A DNA stretch of 64,000 nt from Thermoleophilaceae bacterium (GTDB taxonomy: Bacteria; Actinomycetota; Thermoleophilia; Solirubrobacterales; Thermoleophilaceae), in NCBI GenBank assembly GCA_019683805.1, contig JADGHQ010000005.1:6909-70908 (forward strand). Direction: 5' to 3'. The notes under the pieces are model-generated. The model was not told the DNA's origin, did no database searches, and worked only from the letters and a program-made list of their open reading frames with translations. This document shows, one piece after another, positions 58,622-64,000 of this stretch; within the stretch, counting starts at the first letter, position 1, and each line of letters opens with the position of its first letter. The translations under genes were made by a program, and so were the position numbers.

Positions 58622-59893
58622 ATGCGCGCGATCGTCCAGCTGCTCCGCCAGGAGGCTCGGGCTCGGCGGTTCTTCGCGGCTCACGCGCAGTCCGCGCTGG
58701 GCACGGGCGTCGGGTTCGTCGCGCTCGTGCTGCTCGCCTACCAGCGAATGCGCTCGCCGTGGGCGATCGCGCTCGTGCTGCTCGCGGACTTCCTCCCGCC
58801 GATGCTGCTCGGCCCGGTCCTCGGGACGGCCGCGGACCGCTGGTCCCGGCGCTGGTGCGCCGTCGCGGGCGATGCCGCGCGGGCCGTCGCCTTCGCCGGC
58901 ATGGGGCTGGTCGGCGGGTTCCCGGCCACGTTCGCCTTCGCGCTGCTCGCGGGCCTCGGGACCGGGATCTACAAGCCGGCGGTCATGTCCGGGATGCCGG
59001 CGCTGTTCGGGCGCGAGCGGCTTCCCCAGGCGAACTCGCTGTACGGCACGCTCACCGAGCTCGGCTACACGCTCGGCCCGGCGCTCGCGGCTCCGCTGAT
59101 GCTCGCGCTCGAGCCGGGCGCGCTGCTCGTGGCGAACGGCGCGACGTTCGCGGTCTCCGCCCTGGTCCTCGCGGGGATGCCGCTCGACGGCCGCTCGGCG
59201 GGCGCGTCCGAGCGGGCGGAGCAGGCATCGATCCTGCGCGACGCGCGCGAGGGCGTCGCGCTGGTGCGCGCGCGGCCCCGCCTGGCGACCGTGATCCTCG
59301 GCACGGGCGCTGTGATCCTCTTCGGCGGGATGATGAACGTCGCCGAGCTCTTGCTCGTCGGGCAGCTCGGAGCCGGCCGGAGCGGCTATTCGGCGCTCGT
59401 CGCGGCGTCCGGGATCGGGATCGCGTTGGGCGCGCTCGCCGCGTCGCGCGGGGGCGAGCCGCGCACCCTCGAGAAGCGCTTCTCGGGCGGGCTCGCCCTG
59501 TTCGCCGCCGCGCTCGTCGCCACCGGCGCGACGCCCGTCTTCGCCGGTGCGCTCGTCGCGATCGCCGTCGCCGGCGTGGGCAACGGCCTCGTGATCACCT
59601 ACGAGCGCCTGATCATCCAGAACGCGACGGAGGAGCGGCTGCTCGGCCGGGTCTTCGGGGTGCAGAACGCGGTGGACTCGGCAGCGTTCGCGGCCGCCTT
59701 CGTGTCCGCCGGCGCGATCCTCACGGCGATCTCGCCGCGGACGCTGTTCGTGGTCGCGGGGATCGGGGGCGCAGCGGTCTGGCTCGCCACCCGCGTCGCG
59801 CTCGTGTCGGCACGGGCGCGCGCTCCCGAGCCGGAGCCCGCCGCCGTGCAGGTCGCAGCCCGCGAGCGACTGCCGGCCGGCCGGCGCGGCTAG
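58622..59893 (+). CDS. MFS transporter, MFS_3/DHA3-like (EntS / macrolide-efflux-like)
   Basis: It has 12 predicted TM segments. The N-terminal block FFAAHAQSALGTGVGFVALVLLAY...LLADFLPPMLLGPVLGTAADRW is typical of this family. An alternative GTG start lies at 58586. Confidence 0.75.
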   Translation: MRAIVQLLRQEARARRFFAAHAQSALGTGVGFVALVLLAYQRMRSPWAIALVLLADFLPPMLLGPVLGTAADRWSRRWCAVAGDAARAVAFAGMGLVGGFPATFAFALLAGLGTGIYKPAVMSGMPALFGRERLPQANSLYGTLTELGYTLGPALAAPLMLALEPGALLVANGATFAVSALVLAGMPLDGRSAGASERAEQASILRDAREGVALVRARPRLATVILGTGAVILFGGMMNVAELLLVGQLGAGRSGYSALVAASGIGIALGALAASRGGEPRTLEKRFSGGLALFAAALVATGATPVFAGALVAIAVAGVGNGLVITYERLIIQNATEERLLGRVFGVQNAVDSAAFAAAFVSAGAILTAISPRTLFVVAGIGGAAVWLATRVALVSARARAPEPEPAAVQVAARERLPAGRRG

Positions 59894-61281
59894 AGCGCGG
59901 AGGCGTCCGAGCGCGTCACGGCGAGCGGCTGGTCGCCCGACAGGAGCTCGCGCACCTCACGCGCAGGGGACGGCTCGATCGCCGCGCCTGAGCGGACCAC
60001 CCGCGCGAGCGCGGCGACGACGCGCGGGTCGAACTGCGTGCCGGCGTTCGCCCACAGCTCCTCGAGGGCGGTCTCCTGGCTCATCGCCGCCCGGTAGGGG
60101 CGGTCCGTCGTCATCGCGTTGTACGCGTCGCAGGCGAAGACGATGCGGGCCTCGAGCGGGATGTCGTAGCCGGCGAGCCCGTCTGGGTACCCGCCGCCGT
60201 CCCAGCGCTCGTGGCAGGAGCGGACGATCCTGCCCACGCGCCCGAGCAGGCCGCCGACGCGGTCGAGCAGCACTTGGCCCTCGATCGTGTGCGTCTTCAT
60301 CAGCTCGTACTCCTCGTCGGTGAGCGCGCCGGGCTTGTTGAGGATCTCGTTGGGGATCACGATCTTGCCGACGTCGTGCAGGAGCGCCGCGAACTCGAGC
60401 TCCTGGCGCGACTCGGGGTCGATGTCGAGCTCGTCGGCCACGGCGCTCACGAGGCTCACCACGGAGCGGCAGTGGTCCGCGGTGTAGTGGTCGTCGGCCT
60501 CGACGACGTCGGAGAGCAGCATCACCGTCCCGCGGTAGGCGCGGTTCAGCTCGAGCGCGGCCGTGTGCCGTTCGTGGCGCTCGCGCGCGAAGAGGTGGAG
60601 CAGGCCGACCAGTGGAACGGCGGCGGTCACGGCCCAGGGGCTCTCCTTCGCGGCGATCGCGATCATGAGCCCGACCGGCGAGAGGATCGCGTCGATGCGG
60701 TACACCCAGAACGCCATCCGCAGCCCGTCGCGCAGGCACAGCCCGTTCACGAGGCGCTCGCGGGCCATCACCGGCACGAAGTCCCCGATTACCTGCGCGG
60801 CGAAGGCCGCGAGGTAGACGCCGGAGCTCGTCAGCGCCGGCGGGCCCGGCGCGCCCGCGGCGAGCACGAGCACGGGCGGGATCGTGAGCCAGCTGTCGGC
60901 CACGTCGTAGAGCACGCGGTCGAGCGGCTTGCGCCCGCGCGCGTAGTCGGGGAGGCGCGAGAGGAGGTGCGCGACGGGGACCACGAGGGGGACGATCCCG
61001 AGCGGGAGCAGCAGCAGCATCGGCACCAGCACGAGCTGGGTCGCCACCGACTCGGTGCTGCCGATCTCGAAGCTGACGCGGCCCACGACCGCGTAGAGCA
61101 GCGTGAGACCGGCGATCACCGGCAGCTCGAGATCGCGCTGCGACGGCAACAGGAGCGCGACGGCCGCCGCGCCAAGCAGGTAGAGCAGGGCCAGACAGCC
61201 GACCACGTTCCGCTCGCGCGGGGGCATGGGTCGGTTGTGCCGTTCGCGCGCAGGGCCGACGAGGCGCTCCACTGCGTCCAT
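59890..61281 (-). CDS. Membrane-anchored HD-GYP domain protein (putative c-di-GMP phosphodiesterase)
   Basis: The N-terminal roughly 230 aa is polytopic. The C-terminus carries HDVGK...HHERWDGGGYPDGL (HD and GYP motifs). The stop overlaps the MFS stop in a shared CTAG. Confidence 0.8.
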   Translation of the reverse strand: MDAVERLVGPARERHNRPMPPRERNVVGCLALLYLLGAAAVALLLPSQRDLELPVIAGLTLLYAVVGRVSFEIGSTESVATQLVLVPMLLLLPLGIVPLVVPVAHLLSRLPDYARGRKPLDRVLYDVADSWLTIPPVLVLAAGAPGPPALTSSGVYLAAFAAQVIGDFVPVMARERLVNGLCLRDGLRMAFWVYRIDAILSPVGLMIAIAAKESPWAVTAAVPLVGLLHLFARERHERHTAALELNRAYRGTVMLLSDVVEADDHYTADHCRSVVSLVSAVADELDIDPESRQELEFAALLHDVGKIVIPNEILNKPGALTDEEYELMKTHTIEGQVLLDRVGGLLGRVGRIVRSCHERWDGGGYPDGLAGYDIPLEARIVFACDAYNAMTTDRPYRAAMSQETALEELWANAGTQFDPRVVAALARVVRSGAAIEPSPAREVRELLSGDQPLAVTRSDASAL

Positions 61282-61405
61282 GTGGCGTTTGTCGGAAATA
61301 GTCCGTCCAGACCAAACGACGCACCCTTCTTTGCACGGGCTCGCGGCGCCAACTGGTGCACGCCAGGCGCCCCCGTCCGGGCGCGGGGGAGCCCCGGCGC
61401 GCCAT

Positions 61406-61411
61406 TAGACT
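61406..61411 (+). promoter_or_regulatory. Candidate -10 hexamer TAGACT, 8 nt upstream of the alaS GTG (leaderless arrangement)
   Basis: A TANNNT box sits 8 nt upstream of the GTG with no SD between. See the leaderless finding. Confidence 0.4.
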
Positions 61412-61419
61412 CCTGCTCC

Positions 61420-64000
61420 GTGAAGGGAGCAGAGCTCCGAGAGGCCTTCCTGTCGTTCTTCGAGGCGCGCGACCACCGGCGCATGCCGTCGGCGTCGCTC
61501 GTGCCGTCGACCTACGACCCCTCGGTGCTGCTCACCACCGCCGGCATGCAGCCGTTCAGGCCGTACTTCCGCGGGGAGGAGGAGCCTCCGCACCCGAGGC
61601 TGACGTCGTGCCAGAAGTGCTTCCGCACGACAGACATCGAGAAGGTCGGGCTCACCGCCCGCCATCTCACCTTCTTCGAGATGCTCGGGAACTTCTCGCT
61701 CGGCGACTACTTCAAGCAGGGCGCCGTCGAGCACGCCTGGGAGCTCTCCACGCGGGTGCTGGGCCTGGACCCCGACGACATCTGGGTGACCGTGTTCGGC
61801 GGCGACGACGGGCTCGGCCTCGGGGACGACGACGAGGCCGTGCGGTGCTGGCTCTCGGTCGGGGTCCCGGAGGAGCGCATCGTGCGGCTGGGCCGGGAGG
61901 ACAACTTCTGGCAGGCCGGTCCGACCGGGCCCTGCGGCCCATGCTCCGAGCTCTACGTCGACCGTGGCAGCGACTTCGGCGGCGAGGACGAGCGGCCGGG
62001 GGACGACACCGAGCGCTTCCTCGAGTTCTGGAACCTCGTCTTCATGCAGTACGAGCTGCACGGCGACGGCTCGCTCACCCCGCTGCCCAAGCAGAACATC
62101 GACACGGGCCTCGGCCTCGACCGCATGACGGCGATCCTGCAGGGCGTCCCGTCGGTCTACGAGACCGACCTGTTCAGGCCGCTGGTCGAGCTCGGCGAGG
62201 AGCTCTCGGGGCGCAGGTACGGGCAGGACTTCGAGACCACGCGGGCGCTGCGGATCTTCGCCGACCACGGGCGCGGCATGACCTTCCTGCTCGGCGACGG
62301 GGTGGTGCCGTCGAACGAGGACCGCGGCTACATCCTCCGCCGCATCATGCGCCGCATGATCCAGCAGGCGCGCGTGCTCGAGATCGAGGGCCCGTTCCTC
62401 GAGAAGGTGGCCGACCGCGTCATCGAGATGATGGGCGGCGCCTACCCCGAGCTGCCCGCGGAGCGCGAGACGATCGTCAAGTGGGCGCGGGCGGAGGAGG
62501 AGGGCTTCGGCCGCACGCTCGCGCAGGGCGAGCGCCTGCTCGCCGACGTCGTGCGCCGCGCGAAGGAGGCGGAGACCTCCTGGGTGGACCCCGAGGACGC
62601 GTTCAAGCTCCACGACACCTACGGCTTCCCCTACGAGCTCACCAAGGAGCTGCTCGCGCAGGAGGGCCTCTCGGTCGACGACTCGGGCTTCGAGGAGCTG
62701 ATGGAGAAGGCGCGCACCGTCTCGCGCGGCGGCTGGCGCGCCGGCAGGGAGGGGGGCGAGCACCACGAGCGGGTGCTCGAGTTCGCGCGCCGGAGCGACT
62801 TCAAGACGCGCTTCGTGGGCTACGAGGCCACCGAGTGGGAGACGGTGCTCGGGCCGCTCGAGCGCGACGACGGCCGGCTGCTCGCGAAGCTGCCGGAGAG
62901 CCCGTTCTACCCGGAGGGCGGCGGGCAGGTGTCCGACTCGGGCACGATCGAGACGCCCTCGGGCCGCGCGCGCGTCGCGCAGGTCTACCGGCTCCCGGAC
63001 GAGGACCAGGCCGTCGCGCTCGAGCTGGAGGAGGGCGAGCTCGTGCCCGGCGAGCCGGTGCGCGCGGTGGTCGACCGCGCCACGCGCCTGGCGACGATGA
63101 GCAACCACACCGCGACGCACTTGCTGCACGCGGCGCTGCGCGCCGAGCTCGGCACGCACGTGCGCCAGGCGGGCTCCTACGTCGGCCCCGACAAGCTGCG
63201 CTTCGACTTCACCCACGGAGAGCGCCTGAGCCGCGACGAGCTGGCGCGCGTCGAGGACCGGGTCAACCGCTGGATCGTCGAGAACCACCCGGTGCGCGCG
63301 ATCTACACGACGCGCGAGGAGGCGGAACGGCTCGGCGCGATGGCGCTGTTCGGCGAGAAGTACGGCGAGCAGGTGCGGATGGTCGAGGTCGACGGGGTCT
63401 CGCGCGAGCTGTGCGGCGGCACGCACGTCGCCTCCACCGCCGAGATCGGCCTGTTCCACCTCACCACCGAGACCTCGAGCGCGGCGAACGTGCGCCGCGT
63501 GGAGGCGGTCACCGGCGCGGCCGGGATCGACGTGTTCCGCGCGCGCACCGAGGTGCTGCGCCGTCTCTCGGAGATGCTGCGCGTCCCGGAGCGCGAGGTC
63601 GTGGCCGCGGTCGAGAGGCTCCAGCGGCAGCTCCGCGAGGCGCAGAGGCGCCCGCGGCGGGACGACCGCGAGCTGGCGCGGTCGCTCGCCGAGAAGGCCA
63701 GGGAGATCGGCGGCGTGCGCGTCGTGACGGAGCTCGTCGAGGTGCCGGACCGAGACTCGCTGCTCGAGCTGTCCGACCGCGTGAAGCAGATGCTCGGGGA
63801 CGGCGCCGTCGTGGTGGGCTGCGCGCTCGACGGGCGCGTGCACCTCGTGGCGAACTTCGCGCCGGGAGCGGTGGAGCGCGGCCTGAAGGCTGGCGAGGTG
63901 GTGCGCGCGGCTGCGGAGGTCGTAGGCGGGGGCGGCGGCGGCCGCGACACGATGGCGCAGGCGGGCGGACGGGACCCCGGGAAGCTGCCCGACGCGATCG
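61420..64000 (+). CDS. alaS: Alanine--tRNA ligase; the 3' end lies outside the window
   Basis: This gene is absent from the ORF track because no stop is reached. A GTG at 61420 gives VKGAELREAFLSFFEARDHRRMPSASLVP... with FFEMLGNFS and the editing-domain H..TH...H. The C-terminal GGGGGRDTMAQAGG reaches the window edge. Confidence 0.93.
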   Translation, partial: MKGAELREAFLSFFEARDHRRMPSASLVPSTYDPSVLLTTAGMQPFRPYFRGEEEPPHPRLTSCQKCFRTTDIEKVGLTARHLTFFEMLGNFSLGDYFKQGAVEHAWELSTRVLGLDPDDIWVTVFGGDDGLGLGDDDEAVRCWLSVGVPEERIVRLGREDNFWQAGPTGPCGPCSELYVDRGSDFGGEDERPGDDTERFLEFWNLVFMQYELHGDGSLTPLPKQNIDTGLGLDRMTAILQGVPSVYETDLFRPLVELGEELSGRRYGQDFETTRALRIFADHGRGMTFLLGDGVVPSNEDRGYILRRIMRRMIQQARVLEIEGPFLEKVADRVIEMMGGAYPELPAERETIVKWARAEEEGFGRTLAQGERLLADVVRRAKEAETSWVDPEDAFKLHDTYGFPYELTKELLAQEGLSVDDSGFEELMEKARTVSRGGWRAGREGGEHHERVLEFARRSDFKTRFVGYEATEWETVLGPLERDDGRLLAKLPESPFYPEGGGQVSDSGTIETPSGRARVAQVYRLPDEDQAVALELEEGELVPGEPVRAVVDRATRLATMSNHTATHLLHAALRAELGTHVRQAGSYVGPDKLRFDFTHGERLSRDELARVEDRVNRWIVENHPVRAIYTTREEAERLGAMALFGEKYGEQVRMVEVDGVSRELCGGTHVASTAEIGLFHLTTETSSAANVRRVEAVTGAAGIDVFRARTEVLRRLSEMLRVPEREVVAAVERLQRQLREAQRRPRRDDRELARSLAEKAREIGGVRVVTELVEVPDRDSLLELSDRVKQMLGDGAVVVGCALDGRVHLVANFAPGAVERGLKAGEVVRAAAEVVGGGGGGRDTMAQAGGRDPGKLPDAI

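Overview
This is a 64-kb stretch of a very GC-rich, actinobacterial-type chromosome. The synteny supports that: rpsA-coaE-(lytic transglycosylase)-uvrB-(DivIVA-like)-uvrA, panB/D/C, tsaE-tsaB-rimI-tsaD, hisS-aspS and alaS. A deep-branching lineage such as Thermoleophilia or Rubrobacteria is possible but is only a guess. I call about 60 protein genes and 2 tRNAs (Gln-CTG, Met-CAT). I see no rRNA, CRISPR array, transposase, integrase or phage genes. Genes are tightly packed, with many 4-nt stop/start overlaps (ATGA/GTGA). Most long ORFs in the six-frame track that run antisense to these genes are GC-driven shadow ORFs. The content is mostly housekeeping: DNA repair, tRNA modification, aminoacyl-tRNA synthetases, pantothenate synthesis, an acetoin/2,3-butanediol-type 2-oxoacid dehydrogenase cluster, a membrane H+-PPase, a peptide ABC importer and a heterodimeric ABC exporter. 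I found no obvious defence or mobile system. The items most worth a second look are: (1) an IscU-like domain fused to a CxxC-type MnmA, preceded by a 247-nt structured low-GC leader and translationally coupled to an RsbW-like anti-sigma factor without ATPase motifs plus a SigB/F-type sigma factor; (2) a single-chain triple-DUF190 (PII-like) protein coupled to two crcB genes, with no recognisable fluoride riboswitch; (3) two paralogous APC-permease/USP fusions with a 2-TM microprotein next to a TrkA pair and no TrkH/KtrB; (4) a 6-codon uORF with alternative-pairing hairpins in front of an MFS exporter; (5) a G24-C-G9 homopolymer tract between convergent genes; (6) a perfect Cheo/SOS box at uvrA and a recurring TANNNT box 6-10 nt upstream of start codons, which suggests leaderless mRNAs. 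All functional calls rest on motif and family recognition by eye. No searches were run.
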